Shown in pieces: positions 56,590 to 64,000 of a stretch of DNA of 64,000 nucleotides. Position 1 is the first letter of the stretch; the number at the start of each line of letters is the position of its first letter. The translations under genes were made by a program, and so were the position numbers. The stretch lies in sequence record KJ019146.1. One strand, written 5' to 3'. Under the pieces are notes generated by a model. The model had not been told where the DNA came from, made no database searches, and saw only the letters and a program-made list of their open reading frames with translations.

Positions 56590-57540
56590 ATGAACGAACG
56601 CACTGATTTCCTATGGACAGAGAAATACCGCCCACAGGTTATTGATGATTGTATTCTCCCCGATCACGTAAAGAATACATTCAAGGAGTTTGTTGCTAAG
56701 GGTGAGATCCCTAACCTCTTGTTATCTGGTCCTCCTGGTATTGGTAAGACCACAATTGCCAAAGCTCTTTGTAATGAGATTGGTGCCGACTACTATGTAA
56801 TCAATGGATCCGATGAGGGAAGATTCCTTGACACAGTCCGTAACCAAGCAAAGAACTTTGCTTCCACAATGTCCCTTACCTCGGAAGCAAAACACAAGGT
56901 CATCATTATTGATGAGGCAGATAACACAGGTAGTGATGTTCAGATGTTGCTTCGTGCAAACATCGAGGCATTCTACAAGAACTGTCGTTTCATCTTTACC
57001 TGCAACTATAAGAACAAGATCATTGAACCCCTCCACAGTAGGTGTGCAGTGGTTGAGTTCTCCGCTAGGGGTAAGGATAGACAACAGATCGCTGCGTCCT
57101 TCTTCCAGAGACTCTCTGGTATCTTAGAAAAGGAACATGTAGAGGCTGACAAGAAGGTTCTGGTAGAACTAGTTCAGAAACACTTCCCTGACTTCAGGAG
57201 GGTTCTAAATGAGGTTCAGAGGTATTCCAGTAGTGGTAAGATTGACTCTGGTATCCTAGCAACCTTCTCTGAAGTTAAGGTAGAGGACCTTATCAAACAC
57301 CTTCGTGAGAAGAACTTTGTTGAAGTCCGTAAGTGGGTTGTTGCTAACTTAGATAACGATACTAATAGTATCCTCCGTAAGTTATACGACACCCTAACTA
57401 CACAACTAAAAGGTCCTTCTATCGCTGCTGCTGTATTGGTTATCGCCAAGTATCAGTACCAGGGAGCCTTTGTGGCTGACCAGGAGATCAACCTCCTAGC
57501 AGCTCTAACCGAAATTATGATTGAATGTGAGTTTTCCTAA
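56590..57540 (+). CDS. gp44: Clamp loader large subunit gp44
   Basis: LWTEKYRP, GPPGIGKT, IIIDEAD, SRC motif, ADQEINLLA. Confidence 0.97.
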   Translation: MNERTDFLWTEKYRPQVIDDCILPDHVKNTFKEFVAKGEIPNLLLSGPPGIGKTTIAKALCNEIGADYYVINGSDEGRFLDTVRNQAKNFASTMSLTSEAKHKVIIIDEADNTGSDVQMLLRANIEAFYKNCRFIFTCNYKNKIIEPLHSRCAVVEFSARGKDRQQIAASFFQRLSGILEKEHVEADKKVLVELVQKHFPDFRRVLNEVQRYSSSGKIDSGILATFSEVKVEDLIKHLREKNFVEVRKWVVANLDNDTNSILRKLYDTLTTQLKGPSIAAAVLVIAKYQYQGAFVADQEINLLAALTEIMIECEFS

Positions 57541-57542
57541 TT

Positions 57543-57833
57543 ATGAATGTCAAACTAATCCGTATGAACTCTGGCGAAGATGTTATCGCCGACCTCATCA
57601 GTGAGACTGATGATACACTAGTTCTATCCAACCCTATTGTTTTAGTTCCTGGTCAAGGTGGAACACTGGGTTTCGCCCCATGGTCACCAGTTCTCTCCCC
57701 AGATGTTAAGGAGATTACAATCAAGTCCAGCTACATTGTATTCATGAGTGAGCCAAATGAGGATGTAGTGGATAACTACAACCAAATCTTTTCCCCCATT
57801 GTCACACCAAGCAGTAAAGGATTAATCTTATGA
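57543..57833 (+). CDS. Sm-like fold protein (paralog 2)
   Basis: VKLIRMNSGEDVIADL...LVLSNP...FAPW pattern. Confidence 0.65.
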   Translation: MNVKLIRMNSGEDVIADLISETDDTLVLSNPIVLVPGQGGTLGFAPWSPVLSPDVKEITIKSSYIVFMSEPNEDVVDNYNQIFSPIVTPSSKGLIL

Positions 57834-58072
57834 TGGATACAGTTGTACTCTATACAAACAACGGCCAAGAGTCGGAGAGAATCCAACAACTACTGACTAG
57901 TGTAGGTGGTGAGTTTCATATCTATACCTTAGATCGAGACTTCACACAGGACCAATTCCGTAAGGAGTTTGGTGTATCTGCGGAATACCCACAGGTCGCC
58001 ATAGGTTATAATCACATTGGGGGTCTCAAGGAAACCCTACATTATCTAACGGACGAAGGACTTATTAAATGA
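57830..58072 (+). CDS. Glutaredoxin-fold protein lacking CxxC
   Basis: VVLYT..., YPQVAIG..HIGGLKET (Grx cis-Pro and GG motifs); no cysteine in the sequence. Confidence 0.65.
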   Translation: MMDTVVLYTNNGQESERIQQLLTSVGGEFHIYTLDRDFTQDQFRKEFGVSAEYPQVAIGYNHIGGLKETLHYLTDEGLIK

Positions 58073-58479
58073 CCCTGGAACTCAAAGACTGGTTGAATAG
58101 TTTAAACATGAGTAAGGAAGACCTTATTGGTGGAGATCCTGATGTGGAGAAAGAGTATCCACCATTCATTGTCAATAAGTGTATGTCTGGTCAGATGGAT
58201 GCACTTATGTTTGCTAATGAGATGAATAAGTTCCCCTCACTAGATAAAAAGTTACAATATGATTTTTATCTAAATAGTTTGCGGAAGAGAAAGCGTTTCT
58301 CTCCCTGGTTAAGGAAGGATAAGATTAAACACCTTGAGACCGTTCGTAAGTTTTATGGCTTTTCCACTGAAAAAGCAGAACAAGCTTTGAATATTTTATC
58401 CAATGAACAACTTGACTTTATCTATGATAAGCTTGACACTGGGGGAACCAAACCATGCAAACGGACGAAAGAGGGGTAG
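58069..58479 (+). CDS. gp62: Clamp loader small subunit gp62
   Basis: LKDWLNSLN, YPPFIVNKCMS, LQYDFYLNSLRKRKRFSPW motifs. Confidence 0.95.
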   Translation: MTLELKDWLNSLNMSKEDLIGGDPDVEKEYPPFIVNKCMSGQMDALMFANEMNKFPSLDKKLQYDFYLNSLRKRKRFSPWLRKDKIKHLETVRKFYGFSTEKAEQALNILSNEQLDFIYDKLDTGGTKPCKRTKEG

Positions 58480-58883
58480 TATCTTGGGACCCCTCATATA
58501 TGATAGAAGTATTTTTGTCAGAACCTGACGACTTCTTAAAAGTAAGAGAAACTCTTACGCGCATTGGTGTGGCATCTCGCAAAGAGAAGAAGATATATCA
58601 GTCTTGTCATATTCTACATAAGCAGGGAAGATACTTTATAGTTCATTTTAAGGAACTCTTTGCCCTTGATGGTAAGCATACTACAATTACCTTGAATGAT
58701 ATACAGAGACGCAATCGTATTGTTAAACTACTATCCGATTGGAACTTGATTGAAGTTTCAGATAGTATCGATATTACAGATGTTGCCCCTCTGAATCAAA
58801 TAAAGGTTCTCTCATATAAAGAAAAAGAAGACTGGATACTAGAACCGAAATATAACATTGGAAGTGTGAAACGTTCAGAATAA
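58455..58883 (+). CDS. regA: Translational repressor RegA
   Basis: PDDFLKVRETLTRIGVASRKEKK.YQSCHILHKQGRYFIVHFKELFALDG. Confidence 0.98.
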   Translation: MQTDERGVVSWDPSYMIEVFLSEPDDFLKVRETLTRIGVASRKEKKIYQSCHILHKQGRYFIVHFKELFALDGKHTTITLNDIQRRNRIVKLLSDWNLIEVSDSIDITDVAPLNQIKVLSYKEKEDWILEPKYNIGSVKRSE

Positions 58884-58898
58884 CCGAACATCATATGG

Positions 58899-58924
58899 GG
58901 GGAGTTCCACACTCCCCTTTTTTT
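58899..58924 (+). terminator. Intrinsic terminator after regA
   Basis: GGGGAGT-tccac-ACTCCCC followed by a T run. Confidence 0.85.
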
Positions 58925-58936
58925 GTGCCTATGCTA

Positions 58937-59002
58937 TATAATACAGGGGTAGTCGCCACTCAGGGACTACACCTTATACATCTCGCTTATTAGGAGAAAC
59001 AC
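58937..59002 (+). promoter_or_regulatory. hsp20 promoter and structured 5' leader
   Basis: TATAAT at 58937-42; GTAGTC/GACTAC stem (58949-70); TCTCGCTTATTAGGAGA around the Shine-Dalgarno site. Confidence 0.5.
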
Positions 59003-59446
59003 ATGTCTGGATTAGCACGCTATTATGGTTCTGGGGATATTGAGAAGTTCCTCAAGGACGTTGATAAGTATTCAATCGGAATGGATGAATGGTTCCATAG
59101 ATTCGGAGCACTTCACCAAACAGAAGCAAACTATCCACCCTACAACGTTATTCAGGAGAATGCAGTCTCCTATCGTGTGGAGGTTGCAGTTGCTGGATTT
59201 GCAACAAAAGAACTAGAAGTATTCACAGAGAACAACAAACTCTACGTGGAGGGTCAGAAGGAACTGGCGGAACCTAAGGAGGGTGAGTCCTACGTTCATC
59301 GTGGAGTGGCTGCAAGGTCCTTTAAGAGGGTCTGGACTATCTCTGACGACGTGGAAGTGAAGGACGTGGAGGTTTCTAATGGTCTCCTCACCATCCGACT
59401 CTCTCGTATCGTTCCTGACCACCAGAAGAGACGTTCCTATCTCTGA
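59003..59446 (+). CDS. hsp20: Small heat-shock protein Hsp20 (IbpA-like)
   Basis: NYPPYNV, EVAVAGF, YVHRGVAARSF.RVW, NGLL.I.L motifs. Confidence 0.95.
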   Translation: MSGLARYYGSGDIEKFLKDVDKYSIGMDEWFHRFGALHQTEANYPPYNVIQENAVSYRVEVAVAGFATKELEVFTENNKLYVEGQKELAEPKEGESYVHRGVAARSFKRVWTISDDVEVKDVEVSNGLLTIRLSRIVPDHQKRRSYL

Positions 59447-59487
59447 CCTATATATTATGAGATCTATTTTCTCGTATCGTCGCACCT

Positions 59488-59539
59488 GGGGGGTCCTGTC
59501 ACAAAACAGGGTTGCCCCCTTTTTGGTGCATGTTATAAT
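59488..59539 (+). promoter_or_regulatory. Hairpin/terminator overlapping a sigma70-like promoter with a TGTCAC half-site
   Basis: GGGGGG..CCTGT-cacaaa-ACAGG..CCCC plus T run; TTGCCC at 59512-17 and TGTTATAAT at 59531-39. Confidence 0.55.
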
Positions 59540-59554
59540 GTAGTATAAACTAAA

Positions 59555-59941
59555 ATGAACAATGATTATGATAGGGAACTTCCTTCCCCAACCGGATCTA
59601 CGGGGGCAGTTGAACTAATGATTGAATCTATTGACTTGATGAGCAACAATGATCCAGTAGTAAAACTAGTTCTACTGAAGAATAATGAAACTATTATTGC
59701 TGAGGTTCGTGAGAGTATCGATGGAAGTAGTGTTCAGCTCATTGATCCTCGTGTAGTTCTACTACAGGCAGCAAGACCATCTGATGACGGACAGACTACA
59801 ACAACTGCCATCTCATATACCGACTGGTTACCTTTGTCTGGGAGTAGAAACTTCACTATTGCTGGTGATTATGTGGTCCTTATCACTGATCCCATTGAAA
59901 GTTTAGTACAAAGTTATACACAGGCACGACAAAATGGATGA
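59555..59941 (+). CDS. Sm-like fold protein (paralog 3)
   Basis: VKLVLLKNNETIIAEV...VQLIDP...YTDWLP pattern. Confidence 0.6.
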   Translation: MNNDYDRELPSPTGSTGAVELMIESIDLMSNNDPVVKLVLLKNNETIIAEVRESIDGSSVQLIDPRVVLLQAARPSDDGQTTTTAISYTDWLPLSGSRNFTIAGDYVVLITDPIESLVQSYTQARQNG

Positions 59942-60215
59942 AACTATTAGAGTATTGGTCTTGACCAATGGAAAAGTCCTTATCAGTAAGATCGAAGAGA
60001 TAGGAGGTGCTGATATCGGGGAGCCAGACTGCCGTCTAACCGACCCAGTATGGTATAATGATGAGGTGGAGGAAATGACTGAAGGGTTCAAACGCTTTCC
60101 TGGTAAGGGGATCACACCCGATACCAAGTTGGCCATCTCTTCTGTCAATATCTTGACTCTGGTTACCCCAGATAATAAACTCCTCAGTGAATACCTCGTG
60201 TTTATTAGTGATTAA
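59934..60215 (+). CDS. Sm-like fold protein (paralog 4)
   Basis: IRVLVLTNGKVLISKIEE...CRLTDP pattern; coupled to gp43A. Confidence 0.6.
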   Translation: MDETIRVLVLTNGKVLISKIEEIGGADIGEPDCRLTDPVWYNDEVEEMTEGFKRFPGKGITPDTKLAISSVNILTLVTPDNKLLSEYLVFISD

Positions 60216-61690
60216 TGTCTAACAAGTTCTACACCAATGTTCAGCTTTATGGTAACAACATCCTCCTACGCGGGTATGAGAACGGAGAGAAGTTCCACAC
60301 TAGGGAACAATACTCTCCTACACTATATGTGAGTTCCAAGAAACCCGGTAAGTGGAAAACACTTACTGGTGAGAATGTTCAACCAGTGAAACCTGGATCT
60401 ATTAGAGATTGTAGGGATTTCATCAAGAAGTATAAAGATGTAGAGAACTTTAAGGTGTTTGGTAACGAGAGGTTTGCCTTTCAATACATTGCAGACAACT
60501 ATCCTGGGGAGATTGAATATGATCCCCAGTTGATTAATATCCTAAGTTTGGATATTGAGGTTGAGTCTGAACATGGTTTCCCAGATCCAGAGTCTGCTAA
60601 TGAGGAAGTACTTCTCATTACTATTCAGGACTATGTTACCAAACAAATCATTACTTGGGGTCAGATAAAGCATGGGGAGTTTGATAACCAACAGGATAAT
60701 GTAGATTTCCGTCCCTGTGAGAGTGAGTATCACCTACTGAGTGCCTTTATTCAGTGGTGGCAACAGAACCCACCTGATGTTATCACTGGGTGGAACATTG
60801 ACTATTATGATATTCCATACCTCGTCAGACGCATGAAGAGAGTGTTGGGTGATAAACTAGCAAGCACTATCTCCCCTTGGAAGTTCGTAACGGACGAAGA
60901 GCACTTCTTCAAGGGTATGAATAAACTATATTATAATATCGCTGGTATCACCCAACTAGACTACCTAGTTTTATACACTAAGTTCACATATACGAACCAA
61001 GAGTCATACAGACTAGACCACATTGCTAATGTGGAGTTGGGTCAGCAGAAGTTAGACCACTCTGAGTTTGAAACTTTCAAAGACTTCTACCGAAAAGGTT
61101 GGCAGAAGTTCGTAGAATATAACATCGTTGACGTGGAACTGGTTGACAGGATGGAAGAGAAGTTGAAACTCATTGACCTTGCCATCACCATGGCGTTCGA
61201 TGCCAAGGTTAACTTCCAGGATGTATTCTCACAGGTGAGACTATGGGATACTATTATCTACAACTATCTCAGAGATAGAAACATTGTTATCCCCCAGAAG
61301 GAACAGACTAGTAAGAGTGAGAAGTTCGCTGGAGCATATGTAAAAGAACCCAAACCCGGTCTATATGAATGGGTGGTGTCCTTTGACCTTAACTCCCTGT
61401 ATCCTCACCTACTAATGCAATACAACATCTCTCCAGAAACATTGATGGAAGAGAGGTGTCCTAATATCTCCATTGAAAAGGTTCTCAATGAAGAAGTAAC
61501 CTTTGAGATGTATAAAGACTATGCTGTTTGTCCTAATGGGGCAATGTATCGCAAAGATGTCCGCGGGTTCCTACCAACCCTAATGGAAAAGATGTATGAT
61601 GAACGAAAGGCGTTCAAACAAAAGATGTTGAAGTCCAAACAAATCCTCGTTGATATCGAGGCTGAAATGAAAAAAAGAGGTGTATTATGA
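60215..61690 (+). CDS. gp43: DNA polymerase B, N-terminal half (gp43A): exonuclease, motif A and first finger helix
   Basis: ExoI SLDIEVES, ExoII GWNIDYYDIPY, ExoIII YNIVDVELV, motif A SFDLNSLYP; ends RKAFKQKMLKSKQILVDIEAEMKKRGVL*. Confidence 0.95.
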   Translation: MSNKFYTNVQLYGNNILLRGYENGEKFHTREQYSPTLYVSSKKPGKWKTLTGENVQPVKPGSIRDCRDFIKKYKDVENFKVFGNERFAFQYIADNYPGEIEYDPQLINILSLDIEVESEHGFPDPESANEEVLLITIQDYVTKQIITWGQIKHGEFDNQQDNVDFRPCESEYHLLSAFIQWWQQNPPDVITGWNIDYYDIPYLVRRMKRVLGDKLASTISPWKFVTDEEHFFKGMNKLYYNIAGITQLDYLVLYTKFTYTNQESYRLDHIANVELGQQKLDHSEFETFKDFYRKGWQKFVEYNIVDVELVDRMEEKLKLIDLAITMAFDAKVNFQDVFSQVRLWDTIIYNYLRDRNIVIPQKEQTSKSEKFAGAYVKEPKPGLYEWVVSFDLNSLYPHLLMQYNISPETLMEERCPNISIEKVLNEEVTFEMYKDYAVCPNGAMYRKDVRGFLPTLMEKMYDERKAFKQKMLKSKQILVDIEAEMKKRGVL

Positions 61691-61845
61691 GTTTTCGTCA
61701 CAAAACATATGGTGGTCTAGTTCATTATGACCACAATGATAAGATTATCGTCATTGAACGTCGATTGAATCCAATGCAACATCACGCTATGCTTGTGAGT
61801 AAGTTGAAGGAAGAGTATCCAGAGTATCAAGTAGTTACTGGATAG
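61687..61845 (+). CDS. 52-aa hypothetical protein inside the split gp43 locus (not in ORF track)
   Basis: Hand translation MSFRHKTYGGLVHYDHNDKIIVIERRLNPMQHHAMLVSKLKEEYPEYQVVTG*; ATGA overlap with the gp43A stop; GAGGTG Shine-Dalgarno. Confidence 0.7.
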   Translation: MSFRHKTYGGLVHYDHNDKIIVIERRLNPMQHHAMLVSKLKEEYPEYQVVTG

Positions 61846-62060
61846 TGAGTGGTTTAGTTGCTGAGATTATGCAAGTCGTTACTATGATTACTATGCTATT
61901 CAATATGTGTAATAGTAATGAGTTCAACAGACAAGCATGTATGAAAGACTGGGATACTTGGTTATTACCTGAGATATCCCGTGCGTGGCAAATTAAAACA
62001 GGTCAGGAAGCCCCTTACCAAAACGAGGAAGATGTGGTAGAATGGCACCAACAGCAGTGA
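61845..62060 (+). CDS. 71-aa hypothetical protein with hydrophobic N-terminus inside the split gp43 locus
   Basis: GTG start overlaps the upstream TAG; LVAEIMQVVTMITMLF segment then C..N.FNR.AC. Confidence 0.65.
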   Translation: MSGLVAEIMQVVTMITMLFNMCNSNEFNRQACMKDWDTWLLPEISRAWQIKTGQEAPYQNEEDVVEWHQQQ

Positions 62061-62067
62061 GGTTCTT

Positions 62068-63231
62068 ATTGGCTATTTGATCGGCGGTGCGGGTGAAGGA
62101 CCTGATGAGGAGATCATTCAGTCGGATAGTGACTACTCCAAACTATCTGATAAACAACTGATCTACCTACGTGGGCAAACTATTAAAGATATTGCGAAGT
62201 ATCATAACTTCCAACAGGTGAGAAAGATTACCCTAAACTCCGCTTATGGTGCCCTAGGTAATCAATACTTTAGATACTATAAACTGGCGAACGCAGAGGC
62301 AGTGACCTTCTCTGGTCAGTTAAGTATCCGTTGGATTGAGAATAAGATGAATGGATTCATCAATGAGATTCTAAAAACAGAGGGTAAGGATTATGTGATC
62401 GCCTCTGATACTGACTCTATCTACATTAACTTTGGTGATGTGGTAGATAAGTTCTTGAAGAAGTTTGATGGTGATAAGGAGAAGACTGTATCAATGGTAG
62501 ATAAGATCTGTAAGGATCAACTAGAACCATTCATTGATAAGTGTTATGCCCATTTGGGTGAGTATGTGAATGCATACGAACAGAAGATGCAGATGAAGAG
62601 AGAGAATATTGCTGATCGTGGTATCTGGACAGCGAAGAAGAGATATATCCTGAATGTATGGGATAGTGAGGGTGTTCGTTATGAGGAACCCAAACTGAAG
62701 ATGATGGGCATCGAAGCAGTGAAGTCCTCCACACCTGCTCCCTGTAGAACTATGATTAAGGATGCTCTCCGTATTATCATTGAGAAATCTGAGGATGAAG
62801 TTATTGACTACATTGATGATTGTAGAAAGAAGTTTAAACAGATGAAACCAGAGGAGATTGCGTTTCCTCGTTCTGTGAGTGATATGATCAAGTTTCGTTC
62901 TGGGACAACAATATATGCTAAGAGTACTCCTATGCATGTGAGGGGGGCGTTACTATTCAATCATCACATTAAGAAGGGTGGGTTGGAGAACAAGTATTCT
63001 CTCATCAATAGTGGTGAGAAGATCAAGTTCTGCTACCTCAAGATTCCTAATCTAATTGGTGAGAATGTTATCTCATTCATCTCCGACTTTCCTAGGGAAC
63101 TTAAGTTGGAGAAGTATGTTGATTATGATACCCAATTCAATAAAGCATTCCTAGATCCACTCAAGATCATCTTGGATGCTATTGGTTGGAACTGTGAGAA
63201 ACAGATGTCTTTGGAATCATTTTTCACCTGA
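62068..63231 (+). CDS. gp43: DNA polymerase B, C-terminal half (gp43B): second finger helix, palm, thumb and clamp-binding tail
   Basis: Motif B KITLNSAYGALGN, motif C ASDTDSIY, KKRY, C-terminal QMSLESFF. Start is ATT 62068 (after GAGG) or TTG 62077. Confidence 0.93.
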   Translation: MGYLIGGAGEGPDEEIIQSDSDYSKLSDKQLIYLRGQTIKDIAKYHNFQQVRKITLNSAYGALGNQYFRYYKLANAEAVTFSGQLSIRWIENKMNGFINEILKTEGKDYVIASDTDSIYINFGDVVDKFLKKFDGDKEKTVSMVDKICKDQLEPFIDKCYAHLGEYVNAYEQKMQMKRENIADRGIWTAKKRYILNVWDSEGVRYEEPKLKMMGIEAVKSSTPAPCRTMIKDALRIIIEKSEDEVIDYIDDCRKKFKQMKPEEIAFPRSVSDMIKFRSGTTIYAKSTPMHVRGALLFNHHIKKGGLENKYSLINSGEKIKFCYLKIPNLIGENVISFISDFPRELKLEKYVDYDTQFNKAFLDPLKIILDAIGWNCEKQMSLESFFT

Positions 63232-63259
63232 TATATAAAACCCCCAGAGGAGATCACCA

Positions 63260-63418
63260 ATGGAAAAACAAAATCTAGCGATGGATCTATTCATCGAGTC
63301 TGTAATCAAACCAGACAGTGACCTTAGGGGTCAAGCATCAGAACAGGGTTGTCTAGAAGAACTATTGCAAATCCGTGATGATGTGATAAAATATCTTTAT
63401 AACGAGAGGAAAAACTAG
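63260..63418 (+). CDS. 52-aa hypothetical protein (not in ORF track)
   Basis: Hand translation MEKQNLAMDLFIESVIKPDSDLRGQASEQGCLEELLQIRDDVIKYLYNERKN*; GAGGAG Shine-Dalgarno upstream. Confidence 0.7.
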   Translation: MEKQNLAMDLFIESVIKPDSDLRGQASEQGCLEELLQIRDDVIKYLYNERKN

Positions 63419-63421
63419 TTT

Positions 63422-63655
63422 ATGGCGTTATCCCAATCAGTGGAGAATTCCCTCAGGGAGGCAAGTTCGTCCCTGAGGAATGCTCTAGCTTTTGCTGCCA
63501 GACAGGAGAGATCACATACCTGTCAGCATATTGCTAAAGTATTAAACGATATTGATCTTATTCAGAGAACGGATGAGATGTTTGATACCCTTGATAGTAT
63601 CAAGGATGGTAAGGGTGGTAGCAACCCATTTGGTAAATTTGGTTTTGATGAATAA
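63422..63655 (+). CDS. Small helical hypothetical protein
   Basis: 77 aa; MALSQSVENSL.EA...LRNALAFAARQE; stop overlaps the uvsX start. Confidence 0.7.
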   Translation: MALSQSVENSLREASSSLRNALAFAARQERSHTCQHIAKVLNDIDLIQRTDEMFDTLDSIKDGKGGSNPFGKFGFDE

Positions 63656-64000
63656 TGGATTTCTTAAAGGATATTGTAAATGAAATTGGTGGCGACTTCA
63701 CTCAGATTGCCTCAGAGATTGAAGAAAACGAAACATACGTGGACACTGGTTCGTTCATCTTTAATGCTCTTGTATCTGGGTCTATCTATGGTGGTGTATC
63801 TGGTAACAAGATTACTGCAATTGCTGGGGAAAGTTCTACTGGAAAGACTTTCTTCTCACTCGCCGTGGTCAAGAACTTCTTGGATACTAATCCCGATGCA
63901 TATTGCCTTTATTTTGATACTGAAGCTGCAATCAATAGAAACCTTCTTGAGTCACGAGGTATTGACCTTAAGCGGTTGGTTGTCGTCAATGTCGTTACAG
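63655..64000 (+). CDS. uvsX: UvsX RecA-like recombinase, N-terminal part (truncated by window end)
   Basis: Hand translation MDFLKDIV...DTGSFIFNALVSGSIYGG..NKITAIAGESSTGKTFFSL...LYFDTEAA with Walker A. Confidence 0.95.
   Translation, partial: MDFLKDIVNEIGGDFTQIASEIEENETYVDTGSFIFNALVSGSIYGGVSGNKITAIAGESSTGKTFFSLAVVKNFLDTNPDAYCLYFDTEAAINRNLLESRGIDLKRLVVVNVVT

Noticed and set aside
61667-61690. A7 run near the end of gp43A as a programmed frameshift rejoining the polymerase
   Set aside because: It is not a canonical in-frame X XXY YYZ site, and either shift meets a stop well before gp43B.
61690-62067. Group I intron or intein interrupting gp43
   Set aside because: The gap is fully occupied by two coupled ORFs; no recognisable P7 core, homing endonuclease or intein termini are seen, and gp43A ends in a real stop.
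316-62937. Numerous minus-strand and nested ORFs in the track (e.g. 19690-20229, 30536-30934, 62521-62937)
   Set aside because: All lie inside strongly supported plus-strand genes and read as Ser/Leu-rich antisense shadows.
1-64000. tRNA, rRNA, CRISPR, integrase or photosynthesis genes
   Set aside because: No cloverleaf, repeat-spacer array, recombinase or psbA/hli-like sequence was recognised; intergenic gaps are short.

Overview
The window is a 64-kb piece of a T4-like myovirus genome, most consistent with a marine cyanomyovirus (Kyanoviridae-like). That assignment rests on gene order plus hsp20, a CobS-like MoxR ATPase, a 2OG-Fe(II) oxygenase and a DUF3110-like gene; no photosynthesis genes, tRNAs or CRISPR arrays are visible. 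Every credible gene is on the + strand. From left to right it holds baseplate (gp25 end, gp6, a 4225-aa gp7-like protein, gp8, a 2406-aa VrlC/DUF4815-like protein), neck and tail completion (gp13-15), gp16, an accessory island, gp17-gp23, an outer-membrane beta-barrel-like gene, gp3-uvsY-uvsW, gp55-gp47-gp46, a VWA/MoxR pair, gp45-44-62-regA-hsp20, DNA polymerase and the start of uvsX. The strongest unusual signal is DNA polymerase gp43, split at the finger tip into two genes with two small coupled ORFs between them and a possible ATT start for the second half. Other leads are four dispersed Sm-like paralogs, a consensus-like minus-strand sigma70 promoter firing antisense toward uvsW, a short promoter-to-terminator RNA with switch-like complementarity after the beta-barrel gene, a recurring palindromic operator-like site, and several small membrane, secreted or metal-binding peptides missed by the ORF track. 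Family assignments come from motif recognition, not database searches.
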